Source: an uncultured virus (IMG/VR IMGVR_UViG_3300029928_000131) (Duplodnaviria > Heunggongvirae > Uroviricota > Caudoviricetes). Taken from it: 64,000 nt of DNA. Below are positions 29,405-38,889 of the stretch, piece by piece (the stretch's first letter is position 1; every line of letters starts with the position of its first letter). The position numbers and the translations under genes were made by a program. Location of the stretch: the IMG/VR virus record IMGVR_UViG_3300029928_000131; one strand, 5' to 3'. Under the pieces are notes generated by a model. That model was given only the letters and a program-made list of their open reading frames with translations. It ran no database searches and was not told the origin of the DNA.

Positions 29405-30085
29405 TCAGTAGCTCAAATACTTGCTGTATGAGTACACTCCCCAGTCGCTTTTTGCCTCGTTATACTCGATCGGCAAGATGACCGCATCCCGCGGGACGTA
29501 GATGCGGCCGGTCTTGCTGGTCTTGACTTCTGGCAGCGGCACTTTGGGCTTGAGCGTCCGCGACGGCCCCCACGGATGCTGCCCGACTTCTGGTCGCTCT
29601 TTGGTGAAGTATCGGGCGAGCTTACGGTATCCGTCCTCTTGCAGGATCTTCTTTTTTGTGTACGGCACATCGTAGGCCTCGCCCCAGTCCCACAGCCGCC
29701 GCACAAGCACCGCAGGATACTCGCTGTTGCGCAGGAAAACGTGGATGTGCAGGCTGTCGTGCAGCCCCTCAATACGGTAGACATAGTCAAACGGTTTGCC
29801 GCTGCCCCAGCGCTTGAGGCGCTTGAGGTAGGTGTTCCAGATCTGCTGCACGTCCTTTCGGCTCTCCGGCAGATTCTCCGGCGCAAACGTCAGAGAGTGG
29901 AAAACACCGTCGTACTCAAAGAGCGCGAGCCGCAGCTCCAGCTTGTCGACGGTCGTGCGGCTCATTGCTGGCCCGCAGCGAGAGCGGATGCACTCGCCGT
30001 TTTTGCGCAAAAAGCACGCACGATCCGTCGAAAATACCTTGACCAAAGGGCCCGCCCGCTGCTTTACGATACAATACTCATCCAT
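29405..30085 (-). CDS. HUH (rolling-circle Rep-like) endonuclease
   Basis: HSLTF, LHIHVFL, LARYFTKE motifs. Confidence 0.7.
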   Translation of the reverse strand: MDEYCIVKQRAGPLVKVFSTDRACFLRKNGECIRSRCGPAMSRTTVDKLELRLALFEYDGVFHSLTFAPENLPESRKDVQQIWNTYLKRLKRWGSGKPFDYVYRIEGLHDSLHIHVFLRNSEYPAVLVRRLWDWGEAYDVPYTKKKILQEDGYRKLARYFTKERPEVGQHPWGPSRTLKPKVPLPEVKTSKTGRIYVPRDAVILPIEYNEAKSDWGVYSYSKYLSY

Positions 30086-30305
30086 ACAGATGACTTCCCA
30101 GCATACCGGCGACAGCGCCGGTCATGTCGCCCTCAATAACAGTCTTTTCCAGTTGTTTGTAGTAACTCTGCAAAAGTCCCACGCACAATCTGTTCATAAT
30201 TCGCACATGCGAAGTGCTTCCATCGCACACATCTGTTGCCCGCACCGCGGCATTTCTATCGAAGCCAATGCTCATCAGCAGCTTGATCATACGTTTCTTT
30301 TTCAT
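30078..30305 (-). CDS. Hypothetical protein
   Basis: Overlapping start/stop in operon. Confidence 0.6.
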   Translation of the reverse strand: MKKKRMIKLLMSIGFDRNAAVRATDVCDGSTSHVRIMNRLCVGLLQSYYKQLEKTVIEGDMTGAVAGMLGSHLYG

Positions 30306-30466
30306 TTAGCGGTCTCCATTGTCATTTGTTGATACTCATTCACGCGCTCGACCTTGACCACGCGCACGCCGCCGTACTTTTCAAAGTCCATTGCGACTTT
30401 TTCTTTGATCCCCTGCGGATCTGCATCATCCGGCGCATCCAGCGCCAGCGTCACCAGCAGCCTCAT
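30302..30466 (-). CDS. Hypothetical protein (54 aa)
   Basis: ATGA overlaps at both ends; MRLLVTLALD. Confidence 0.55.
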   Translation of the reverse strand: MRLLVTLALDAPDDADPQGIKEKVAMDFEKYGGVRVVKVERVNEYQQMTMETAK

Positions 30467-30744
30467 GCGTCACCGTCCATACATGCGCCGCAGTAAGGGC
30501 AATACTCAAATACCTTCTTATCCTGATCAGCAAATTTGTAAGGCTCACTGCGCAGACACCGCGAGCAAATGCGGTCACGTTTGCTCGCGACAGATACCCA
30601 CTGTCCGTGTCTTACAAGCGCAACATCAGCGGGTTTCATCTCACGGATGTCTGTTACAAGGCCATAATATGGGATGCCCTCTTCCACGTGGCCATACGGA
30701 CGAAACCATTCAATTATCCGTTCTTTTTCGATATATTCTGGCAT
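30463..30744 (-). CDS. Hypothetical protein with C-terminal zinc ribbon
   Basis: CSRC..YCPYCGA. Confidence 0.7.
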   Translation of the reverse strand: MPEYIEKERIIEWFRPYGHVEEGIPYYGLVTDIREMKPADVALVRHGQWVSVASKRDRICSRCLRSEPYKFADQDKKVFEYCPYCGACMDGDA

Positions 30745-30756
30745 TGTCAGACACCT

Positions 30757-31044
30757 CTATTCTGCATAATCGATCCGGTTCCGCAGTCGCTGGACCTTAT
30801 ATGCCCGCTGCTCCGCCACTGCGTCCTCGACCTTAAACTCAATCACCATCTGGTCGAGCATGATCCCGACGTCGGCGATCTCCTCGGCGATGTTGGCGAG
30901 CGTGTCGCCGTCCACACGCCCACGTAAAAATTTGCAAAGAACATTCTGCAGCTCAGCCATTTCCTCAAAAACCATCATGATCTGCGCTTGCGCACCGTAG
31001 CGGTTAAGTGCTGCGCAGAAAGTGCTGCGTTCTATGTCAGTCAT
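30757..31044 (-). CDS. MazG-like nucleotide pyrophosphohydrolase
   Basis: EEMAEL..IAEEIADV. Confidence 0.75.
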   Translation of the reverse strand: MTDIERSTFCAALNRYGAQAQIMMVFEEMAELQNVLCKFLRGRVDGDTLANIAEEIADVGIMLDQMVIEFKVEDAVAEQRAYKVQRLRNRIDYAE

Positions 31045-31375
31045 TGTCAACCCTCCCGCTCGTCTTAATCCCATTTAGCTTATCCCATTCTTTCCCTGCG
31101 GCATGAGCTTTGTTCCACTCTTCCATCGCCCTCTTAAAAACGCCTGCTGGAATGTCCTTAACAGGTTTGCCCATATAGGGACGCATGAGCGCGAAATAAG
31201 CATCGTAATGCTTCTTTTCCTCATCAATCAGTCTTCGGGATTTTTCATAGTGTGCGTCGTTCCGTTTCCTTTCAATTTGGCTCAATGCACGCTCTAACTC
31301 ATACTCGGCACTCCCAGCCAGTATCTCCATCACTTGCAGCAGCTCCGCTTTCGTCAAATCAGTCGGCTTTATCAT
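31037..31375 (-). CDS. Hypothetical protein
   Basis: GGAGG RBS; MIKPTDLTK. Confidence 0.6.
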   Translation of the reverse strand: MIKPTDLTKAELLQVMEILAGSAEYELERALSQIERKRNDAHYEKSRRLIDEEKKHYDAYFALMRPYMGKPVKDIPAGVFKRAMEEWNKAHAAGKEWDKLNGIKTSGRVDND

Positions 31376-31895
31376 TTTTCTCAACCTCCAGCCCATCCGG
31401 CAGCGGCATCCAGTGCGTGACTGCGCAATCGATCGGATTATTATATACATCATCGGGAGTAAACTGCCTGTCTTCCCACCATCCTTCTGGGATATAGTAA
31501 TCATCGTTTTCCTCATCATACAGCCCGTATTCGCAGATGTCGTTCCAGTTCCACGCGCTGTCCTCTGTCAGCATTTTCCCGTCCTCATAGATCGCTTGCA
31601 CAACAAAGATACAGCCGTTACGATTGCAGACCGCCAAAACGTCCGTTTCGGGTTCCGGCAGGCGCTCCGTCACTGGCACCCACTTCTGCCGCTCCTGCAG
31701 TACTGCGATCTCCTCCGCATACCGCGCGCAGCGGCCGGTCAGCTTCTCAATTAGATCTGCGGCTTCCCGCATGATGCGGCATCCGTGGACGCTGCAATTA
31801 TGTTCATACCCGCAGCCCAAGCAGGCCAACGAGCCAGTCTGCACCATTGAGCACCGTAGCTGCTTCAAAATCTCTTCGCTTTTCATTTGCCCCAC
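31359..31895 (-). CDS. DUF551-like protein
   Basis: WVPVTERLPE..VTHWMPLP. Confidence 0.8.
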   Translation of the reverse strand: MGQMKSEEILKQLRCSMVQTGSLACLGCGYEHNCSVHGCRIMREAADLIEKLTGRCARYAEEIAVLQERQKWVPVTERLPEPETDVLAVCNRNGCIFVVQAIYEDGKMLTEDSAWNWNDICEYGLYDEENDDYYIPEGWWEDRQFTPDDVYNNPIDCAVTHWMPLPDGLEVEKNDKAD

Positions 31896-32224
31896 CTCGG
31901 CCCATAGCCTAATTGTTTGATCTCCGGATAGCGCTCTGCAAACGGGTAAAACTGGTTGTCCCCGATATAACTGAGCGTCGCCCGGTCAAGCCTCTCCTGG
32001 TAGACGTCCGACTCGTCGGTGCTCTGCATCGCCGGAAAATAGACGTCATACGTCTCGCCCCACTTTTCCGCGAGGCGGCTGAGGCGGTCATAGCCCCAGC
32101 CGAAATCCTCGTGCATCGTGATGAGCAGCGTGTCCAGCATGTACTGCTTCATTGTCCGCTGCATCACGTCCAGCAGCATCTGCGTTCTCGCGTCTCTCTG
32201 CTGCAAATATCCGGATCGTTTCAT
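31883..32224 (-). CDS. Hypothetical protein
   Basis: HEDFGWGYDRL; coupled to parB. Confidence 0.7.
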   Translation of the reverse strand: MKRSGYLQQRDARTQMLLDVMQRTMKQYMLDTLLITMHEDFGWGYDRLSRLAEKWGETYDVYFPAMQSTDESDVYQERLDRATLSYIGDNQFYPFAERYPEIKQLGYGPRWGK

Positions 32225-33834
32225 TTTTCATCCTTCCTGCACCATTGGGCAGCGTTACAAGGATCATCACAGGCCTTGCAGCACTTATTGCATTGCGGAT
32301 GTGATGCTTTACACGCCTCACAGTCATCCTTGCGCCCTCTCTGTCTCTCGCTGATCGGCAGCCAGCTGTCGCACCTGCACTCGACGATATCCTGTACTGA
32401 GGTCCCTGCATCGGTCGAGATAAATGGGTACTGGTCGCTCGCGCTCCCGCTGCACCGCGCCGTTAGATAGGCGCTGCCGCCCAGCCCTGTCGGATAGCTC
32501 AGCACGACCAGCGCCCCCTCCTCCGGCCAGTGCTCCGCATCCAGCGGCGACCATCCCAGCGAGTTCGCTGCCTTGGTCGGTGTAATCTCATCTGTCAGAC
32601 CAAGCAGATAATCCGTCGTGCAGTGTAGTGCCTGCGCACACTTGCCGATCGTTGAGCAGTGCTTCAGCTCAAAGTCGTAAAAATATGGCCGCTCATTTGG
32701 CTTGAATTCCCCGCGCGCGTAGCGGCGCAGCAAGCCGATTGTATGTCCGCCATCGCTCGTGCACCCGTCATAGGCTTTGGCCTTATCATCAAGGCCAGCG
32801 GCATCGGCAGCGCGAACCATGCGTGCACAAGTGGCCTGTAGCTGCGCGTATGCCTTTTCCCGGGCCTTTTCAGCGTCGATTTTCTGCTTTTCTTTCTCCT
32901 TGGCGCTTTTCTCGCTGCGGCGCTTCTGTGCCGCGGCGCACATTCTGTCGCACGGGCTCCAATCTCTCGTTGCTTTGTCGCATTCAAGGCAGCATTTTTC
33001 GCCCTTGCACGGATTTTCCCACGCCCCCAGGCTCGCATCGTGCCGCAGGGCAGCGTCTCCATGCGTACAAGACTTGCCGTCCGGACACGTCATCGTCGGT
33101 TCATAGGTCGTCCCATCGGCGAAGATCTCACACAGCCTCTTCAGCTTTTCAGCCTGCGGCAAGTTTTTTCCGCCCTTGTAGATCTTCGCAAGGCGCTTTT
33201 GGATGATCGGCTCGAAATGGGCCAGCTCATACGCAACGGACTCGTTGATTTTCTCCTTTTCCCACAGGTAGGCAAATTCCGAATCGAGATGCGAGTCAAT
33301 AAACTGGAGGCGGGCGGCCTTGGTTTTGCTGATGCCGATAGCCTCGGCTGCAAAGTCGCGGATCTTGCCCTTAAACTCATAACCCTCCTTGCTCAGCTCA
33401 TAAATCAGCTCTTTCATCCGGCTGAGCTGCTTGGAAATGTCGGCACTGGACATTTTGCGCGTATCGCTGTTTGCGCAGATCAGGCGCAGCTCGCGCATGG
33501 CTGGGCTTTCGCCGTCATCGCGCTCAATGATGCATGGAGCCTCAGCAAAGCGTGTCTGCCCATCCTCAACCAACAGGCGCAGCGCCGCGCTGCGGCGATG
33601 CCCGCTCACGATGATGTACCCGTCGCCGTCTTTACGCACGCGGATCGGCTGCTGCAAGCCGATAAGCTCAATGTTTGCCGCCAACTCGTCAATGCCGTCC
33701 AACGAGTAAAAATTATTTTCGTCGGCTCTCAGCTGGTCGAGCGGGAGATAAACGATCTGCTCGCGTCCGGTGTCCGATTCGGGCACCGCAACCGGCTTTA
33801 GAAACTCGCTCATGTCAAACTTGCCCTTAGCCAT
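32221..33834 (-). CDS. parB: ParB-like protein with long C-terminal extension
   Basis: GLQQPIRV, IVSGHRR motif; follows parA. Confidence 0.85.
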   Translation of the reverse strand: MAKGKFDMSEFLKPVAVPESDTGREQIVYLPLDQLRADENNFYSLDGIDELAANIELIGLQQPIRVRKDGDGYIIVSGHRRSAALRLLVEDGQTRFAEAPCIIERDDGESPAMRELRLICANSDTRKMSSADISKQLSRMKELIYELSKEGYEFKGKIRDFAAEAIGISKTKAARLQFIDSHLDSEFAYLWEKEKINESVAYELAHFEPIIQKRLAKIYKGGKNLPQAEKLKRLCEIFADGTTYEPTMTCPDGKSCTHGDAALRHDASLGAWENPCKGEKCCLECDKATRDWSPCDRMCAAAQKRRSEKSAKEKEKQKIDAEKAREKAYAQLQATCARMVRAADAAGLDDKAKAYDGCTSDGGHTIGLLRRYARGEFKPNERPYFYDFELKHCSTIGKCAQALHCTTDYLLGLTDEITPTKAANSLGWSPLDAEHWPEEGALVVLSYPTGLGGSAYLTARCSGSASDQYPFISTDAGTSVQDIVECRCDSWLPISERQRGRKDDCEACKASHPQCNKCCKACDDPCNAAQWCRKDEK

Positions 33835-34615
33835 TGACCGCGCCTCCCTTGCTCAGATACTCCCGCGTAAAATCGCGATAAGCGAGCGTCGCCGCGTCTT
33901 TGGGCGCGTATCCTCTCAGAGTCTTACTCGCGTTGAGGTTGGACATGCTCGCCGGCACGGACGCCCGCAGCGGGATCGCCGCCTCAAACGCAGGGATGCC
34001 GCTCACGCGCAGCGCCTGCTCCGCAGCCTCCTGGATGCGCGTGCCGCGCCGCTTAGTGATCAGCGCGCCCGCGATGCGCAGCCGCGGGTTGACCGTGCGC
34101 ATGTTGGCGACCTGACTGCGGATCTCGCCCGCGCCATGAAGCGAGAAGCCCTCCAGCTCGACGGGGATGATGATCTCGTCCGCAGCGCCCAGCGCCGCCA
34201 CCGTGGCCGCGTTGTAGGCGGTCGGGCAGTCGATAAGGATGTAGTCTGCGCCCTCGTCCTCGGCCACCGCAAGGCAAAAATCGCGGATGCCGTTTTTCGC
34301 CAGCCGCTCGCCGGTCAGGGCGGCGATGTCCGCTTTCGGCAGCTCCGCGCTGGCCGGCACGATGACCACGTCCTCGACGGGCGTCTCCTGGATGATTTCG
34401 TCCCAGCATCCCCACAAAGCGGCATCGATTAGCACCTCGTAGGTCGTGCCGCCGTGAAGCGTGTCCGCGCGAAAAATATCGCTCAAATTGCACTGGCCAT
34501 CTGCGTCCATCACGATGACGCGCTTGCCCGCGGCCGCGAGCTCGGCGGCGAAGTTGATCGTCGTGACTGTCTTGCCCACGCCGCCCTTGTAGTTCATGAT
34601 CGCAATCGTTTTCAT
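33827..34615 (-). CDS. parA: ParA family ATPase
   Basis: KGGVGKT, DADGQCN, IDCP. Confidence 0.95.
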   Translation of the reverse strand: MKTIAIMNYKGGVGKTVTTINFAAELAAAGKRVIVMDADGQCNLSDIFRADTLHGGTTYEVLIDAALWGCWDEIIQETPVEDVVIVPASAELPKADIAALTGERLAKNGIRDFCLAVAEDEGADYILIDCPTAYNAATVAALGAADEIIIPVELEGFSLHGAGEIRSQVANMRTVNPRLRIAGALITKRRGTRIQEAAEQALRVSGIPAFEAAIPLRASVPASMSNLNASKTLRGYAPKDAATLAYRDFTREYLSKGGAVNG

Positions 34616-34627
34616 TTCGTCCTCCTG

Positions 34628-34825
34628 TTATTTCTTCTTGTACAGCCGCCCTGCGGTGTCGCGCTGGTAGCTGTTGATATCCTCGAATTTCTTTCTCTCG
34701 TCCGCGATTTTTGCTTTATTTGCATCAAGGTTCGCTTTCCACGCGAGATAATCCGGACATTTGACCTGGCACGCTGGATGTCGGCGCTCGCACATGTAGC
34801 ACTTGCTGTTGACTTTCTTCCCCAT
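34628..34825 (-). CDS. Small Cys-rich hypothetical protein
   Basis: Paralog of 375-572. Confidence 0.75.
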   Translation of the reverse strand: MGKKVNSKCYMCERRHPACQVKCPDYLAWKANLDANKAKIADERKKFEDINSYQRDTAGRLYKKK

Positions 34826-34834
34826 GCGCCGCCC

Positions 34835-35029
34835 TCAAAACTTGAAGCACTCGCGCATCGTGCGCCCGCAGACCTGAGCCTCCACCAGGAAAAAGTGATG
34901 CTCTTCGTTGATCCACACGATCTTGCCGCGCACTTTTTTCCGCTCTCGCGTGCTCTTGGGATTCTCCTTGCCGTCCAGATTGCAGTACGCACAGGGCGTC
35001 CAGGCAATCGGCTGTCCAATATACGGCAT
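34835..35029 (-). CDS. Hypothetical protein
   Basis: Paralog of 582-776. Confidence 0.75.
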   Translation of the reverse strand: MPYIGQPIAWTPCAYCNLDGKENPKSTRERKKVRGKIVWINEEHHFFLVEAQVCGRTMRECFKF

Positions 35030-35045
35030 GATGTCTCTCCTTTCT

Positions 35046-36404
35046 CTACCGGCGCTTTGCGCCGCTCATGCGCTCATTGCGAGCGTTCCGCTCGACGATT
35101 TTCTTGTCTTCCTCGACCTCGCGCGCCGACGTCATCGTCATCGGCGTAAAAGTCTGCTTGTCGCCATCAAACCACAGCAGCGTCCGCAGCAGCAGCCCCT
35201 CTTTGTTCTTGACGATCCGCAGGAAGCGCGATGTCGCGGGGTTATAATCCCCGCCCTCGACGGGGCGGTAGATCATGAAGATCATGTCTGCGTCCTGCTC
35301 CAGCTGGCCGGACTCCTTGAGGTCGCTCATGCGCGGCTCATTCTGCTGCGGTTTGTTCGTCTTTTTCTGCATAGACGGGCGCTCCTCGCGAATGAGCTGC
35401 GCCAGCTCGATCACGAGCTTTTTGCGGCTCTGGGCGAAAGCGTGCAGCTCGCGGGAGATCTCCGCCACCTGCTCGCTGCGCATGGGGTTGGATGTGCTCG
35501 GCCGGATCAGCTGCACGTAGTCGATGAAAATCACGTCGAAGTCGTAGGCCTCGGCAGCGCTCGTGATATCGCTGACGCTCCAGCTGGCCGCCTCGATCAG
35601 CGTAAATTTAAGACCGGCGTTCTCTGCGCTTTTGGCGGCAAATCGCTCCCAGTCCTTGTCGGTCAGCTCGCGCCGCTTGATCGCCGTGAAGCTGATATCG
35701 TTCAGCATGGCAATTGCGCGGTCGGTCACCTTGCGGTGGTCGGTTTCCAGCGAAAAGAATCCGACGCGCCACTTCCGGGCCATCCACATTGCCATTTGCA
35801 GCGCGAGCGCCGTCTTGCCGGCGCTTGGGTAGCCGCCAATGACGACCACGTCGCCCTGCTGCGTGTAAGTCCCCTCGTCCACCTCGGCGAGACCGTAGCG
35901 AACGTATTCCAGCGGTGTCTTGTCTGTCTGCCGCGCGGCAAAGTCCTTGATCATGTCCTCCATCGTGTAAGCCATGATCTGCCGTCCGCCGCTCTGCTCC
36001 TGTTGGAGCTTCACCGCCAACTCGCGGCACTCCTGTGCCGTGGGCGCCGAGGCTAATTGCATTGCGAGGGCCTGCATGCGCCGCACGCAGGCTTGATCGG
36101 CCATCCGAATGGCGTTCTCGCGCCAGTCGGCACTGGTCGTCGTGATGTATACCAGCTGGGCGATGTAATCACTCGAATCTTTACCGACCTTGTCGCGGAT
36201 GCTGTAGGGCGTCACTGACTCAGCACGCAGGTACAGATCCCGCGCCGCACGGAAGATCTTCCGGTTGATCTCGATGCCGAAATCCTGCTCGCGGACGGTG
36301 AAGAGCACATCCTTGACGATCTCAGGGGCAATGAGCAGGGCCCCGATGACCGCGGTCTCAGCTTCCAGCCCTGGGCGCGCCTTTGTCTCCTGCGCCATGC
36401 TCAC
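35046..36404 (-). CDS. dnaB: DnaB-like replicative helicase
   Basis: GGYPSAGKT, IDYVQLI, ESGQLEQDAD. Confidence 0.95.
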   Translation of the reverse strand: MSMAQETKARPGLEAETAVIGALLIAPEIVKDVLFTVREQDFGIEINRKIFRAARDLYLRAESVTPYSIRDKVGKDSSDYIAQLVYITTTSADWRENAIRMADQACVRRMQALAMQLASAPTAQECRELAVKLQQEQSGGRQIMAYTMEDMIKDFAARQTDKTPLEYVRYGLAEVDEGTYTQQGDVVVIGGYPSAGKTALALQMAMWMARKWRVGFFSLETDHRKVTDRAIAMLNDISFTAIKRRELTDKDWERFAAKSAENAGLKFTLIEAASWSVSDITSAAEAYDFDVIFIDYVQLIRPSTSNPMRSEQVAEISRELHAFAQSRKKLVIELAQLIREERPSMQKKTNKPQQNEPRMSDLKESGQLEQDADMIFMIYRPVEGGDYNPATSRFLRIVKNKEGLLLRTLLWFDGDKQTFTPMTMTSAREVEEDKKIVERNARNERMSGAKRR

Positions 36405-37171
36405 ACCCCCCAGCCGAGCGGCAGCGCCGCGCTGCCATCCGTCCTTACTGCCGGAATCTCGTCCGGCTTGAGCTCGTAGACGGTCAGCCAGTTGCTCGTC
36501 GTGGCTTTATCCAGCAGCGCGAGCTTCATCTCGCGCCGCCCACCGGACAGCTCGTCCAGCTTGCGGAGGATGCCGTTCAAAGCCCGCTCGGTCTTCACGG
36601 CCTTCTGCCGGTTCAGCTTGGCGCGGTTGTCGAGCAGCCCCATGATCGCCTCGTGCAGCTCGTCATCGCCGCTGCAGTATTCCGCGACACGCTTTTCGAC
36701 CTCTGCGGGGGCTATAGGGGTTTGTTTCTTTTTGTCTTTGGTTCTTTTAGTATTTATTTGGGTCGGAAAACCCGATGACGGTTTTTCCCGTTGTCGGGTT
36801 TCACCGTTGTCGGTGTTCTCCGACAACGGTGGCGCTTCGTCCTGCAAAACGTAGACGTTGCCTGCAAAATGGCCGTTTTCATCGTGCGTCTGCTCACGGG
36901 TCAGATACCCCACTTTTTCCAGCTTTTCAAGCAGCCTGCGGATGGTGTCCTTGCTCACGCCGACATAGGCTGCAAGGCCCTTGACCGAGTATTGCCATCC
37001 CTCCGGCAGCCCGACCATAATGGCAAGCAGCCCGCGCGCATCCAGCGGCAGGCGCTTGTCCTCAATGGCTGATTTGTAGAGCACTGTGAAGCGCTGCTTT
37101 CGGCCGGACTTGATCCGGCTCTCGCTCATGTCATCGCATGGCCGCGTGCTTTTTTCTTCTGCCATGTGCAT
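36401..37171 (-). CDS. Phage replication initiator (winged HTH)
   Basis: Near-identical to 2145-2915. Confidence 0.8.
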   Translation of the reverse strand: MHMAEEKSTRPCDDMSESRIKSGRKQRFTVLYKSAIEDKRLPLDARGLLAIMVGLPEGWQYSVKGLAAYVGVSKDTIRRLLEKLEKVGYLTREQTHDENGHFAGNVYVLQDEAPPLSENTDNGETRQREKPSSGFPTQINTKRTKDKKKQTPIAPAEVEKRVAEYCSGDDELHEAIMGLLDNRAKLNRQKAVKTERALNGILRKLDELSGGRREMKLALLDKATTSNWLTVYELKPDEIPAVRTDGSAALPLGWGV

Positions 37172-37259
37172 CCCCTCCGATGTATTCCACGAAATTCACA
37201 AACTTCGTCACCAGCGTACTCACGCCCACGAATGTAAAGAAAATCGCCCATCCGCTCAT
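37131..37259 (-). CDS. Small membrane protein
   Basis: Paralog of 2875-3003. Confidence 0.5.
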   Translation of the reverse strand: MSGWAIFFTFVGVSTLVTKFVNFVEYIGGDAHGRRKKHAAMR

Positions 37260-37828
37260 CGTGCATACACCCCCTTTGCCAAAACGGGGCTTGCATTTCC
37301 GCGCGAGTGTGATATACTGTTTTTGCAATCGTTTTCAGGTCTGATCGCCTGAGACACAGAACGCTTCGACGCGCCAACGTCGGGGCGTTCTTTTTTTGCG
37401 CCGTCAGCATAGATGACCTGGTAGGCCGCGGCGATAGTCTCGCGCAGATCAGCGACGATAGCATCAAACTCCGGACGCTCGCGTTCATCAATGACGCCGT
37501 CCTCGGCGATCTCAAGCAGTGTGCAGATCTGGTCGGATGCCCGCCGGAAGCGGTTGGCAAGGGTGATGCTGGCTGTCGGCAGCGGTTGGATATGTACGTC
37601 GGGCAGCACTCCCAGTTTGTCCGTCGCCTTTGCGTGCTCCAGCTCGAGCCACGGGAGGTTGTAGAGCTCGGCCATGCGGTGCACGGTGTCGTCGGACGGC
37701 GTGCGTCGGCCGCTCTCATATTGTTTCATACTTTCCGCGGAAAGTCCAAGTAGCTCGGCTGCCTCTTCTTGCGAAAAATAGGTAGCCTTTCTTGCCCTTT
37801 GGTATAAATTCGGGTACTCGGGATACAT
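37256..37828 (-). CDS. XRE HTH regulator
   Basis: Paralog of 3000-3572. Confidence 0.85.
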   Translation of the reverse strand: MYPEYPNLYQRARKATYFSQEEAAELLGLSAESMKQYESGRRTPSDDTVHRMAELYNLPWLELEHAKATDKLGVLPDVHIQPLPTASITLANRFRRASDQICTLLEIAEDGVIDERERPEFDAIVADLRETIAAAYQVIYADGAKKERPDVGASKRSVSQAIRPENDCKNSISHSRGNASPVLAKGVYAR

Positions 37829-37857
37829 GGATTTACAGCTCCTTTCGTGATATGCTT

Positions 37858-38097
37858 TTAGTAGCGGATGGCTTCGCGCAGCTCATCGATGGGGATGTTC
37901 AGTGCGCGGCCAATGCTGCGCAGCTCGCGCAGCGTGAGATCCTCCGGCTTGTTTTTGCGGGCATAGATCCTGGAGCGGGAGATCTTAGCTTTCGCCCCGA
38001 GCTCTTCGGTCGTGAGGCCGGCTGCCGCGGCAGTGCCCCAGATCAGAGCGACGATTTTCTCATTGGCGATATTTCGACCCAAGTTTGTTCTCGGCAT
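37858..38097 (-). CDS. HTH protein
   Basis: LTTEELGAKAKISRSRIY..PEDLTLREL. Confidence 0.75.
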   Translation of the reverse strand: MPRTNLGRNIANEKIVALIWGTAAAAGLTTEELGAKAKISRSRIYARKNKPEDLTLRELRSIGRALNIPIDELREAIRY

Positions 38098-38109
38098 GAT
38101 GTGATCCTC

Positions 38110-38334
38110 CTAACTCAGTGTTTTGGGCAGCCTGCCTGGGGCTTCGACGGCGAAGAGTGCGCTGACATCGACGCCGAGCAGCATCGCGAGCTGCGGCAGC
38201 TTGTCGGTGGTGGGCAGGGTGAAGCCGAGCTCCCATCTGCTGACGGCGACAGGGGAGACGTTCATCGCCTTGGCAAGATCGGTCTGGCTCATGCCTTTCT
38301 TTTGGCGGAGTTCTTTGATACGGAGTTTGACCAA
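38110..38334 (-). CDS. Cro-like XRE repressor
   Basis: MSQTDLAKAMNVSPVAVSRWELG. Confidence 0.85.
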   Translation of the reverse strand: MVKLRIKELRQKKGMSQTDLAKAMNVSPVAVSRWELGFTLPTTDKLPQLAMLLGVDVSALFAVEAPGRLPKTLS

Positions 38335-38423
38335 TTTGTATTCCTTCCTTTCTCTCTTGATTTTTGCGGTTTGCCATGGTATTTTTGAAATGTGTGTTTA
38401 TACCATAAGCAAAAAATATAGAT

Positions 38424-38477
38424 GGAGCGCAGGAGAGTCGAACTTCTGACACACAATGTGTGAGCGCCAGCCGCTCC
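38424..38477 (-). ncRNA. tRNA-like scaffold RNA, minimal copy B
   Basis: GGAGCG GCTGGCGC [short hairpin] CAGAAG-TTCGACT-CTCCTG CGCTCC. Confidence 0.65.
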
Positions 38478-38496
38478 ATATGGGTGAGGTAAAACT

Positions 38497-38889
38497 ATGG
38501 TCTTAGATTCCGATTGCGTGCGCGATGTGTTGATGGCCATAGAACGCTGTGAATTTGGCGAAACCCTGACCTTGGAGGCGCTATGCCAACAGGTCGGCCA
38601 GCGCTCCAGGGAAGAGGTATGGTATACCTGCCTCAAACTGGAAGAGGGCGGTTTCCTGCGGCTGACTCTTGTCCCGCAGATGCGGCAGGTTCTTCCGGGG
38701 ATAAAGTCGATAGATGACCTTACCTATCAGGGACATGAGTTTATTGCAAAGATCCGAGACGCACAGCAATGGACCGCTGTGAAAAAAGGCATCAAGGCCG
38801 TTCGGAACTATTCTCTTTCCGCGATCTCGTCCATTGCGGAAGGCGTTACTGCCGCGGCGATCAGCGCTTATCTGAAGCCCAATCCTTGA
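38497..38889 (+). CDS. DUF2513-like protein
   Basis: DCVRDVLMAIE, LTYQGHEFIAKIRD. Confidence 0.8.
   Translation: MVLDSDCVRDVLMAIERCEFGETLTLEALCQQVGQRSREEVWYTCLKLEEGGFLRLTLVPQMRQVLPGIKSIDDLTYQGHEFIAKIRDAQQWTAVKKGIKAVRNYSLSAISSIAEGVTAAAISAYLKPNP

Larger units (their letters stand above)
1..34254. mobile_element. Temperate siphovirus (phage 1), one circularly permuted genome length; right boundary approximate
   Basis: Replication, immunity, integrase/att, lysis, non-contractile tail, HK97 head, terminase and par modules; sequence at position 1 recurs at 34255. Confidence 0.8.

Noticed and set aside
34255..37857. Simple assembly duplication of 1-3600
   Set aside because: Copies carry many substitutions and an in-frame indel with intact ORFs, so they are distinct alleles
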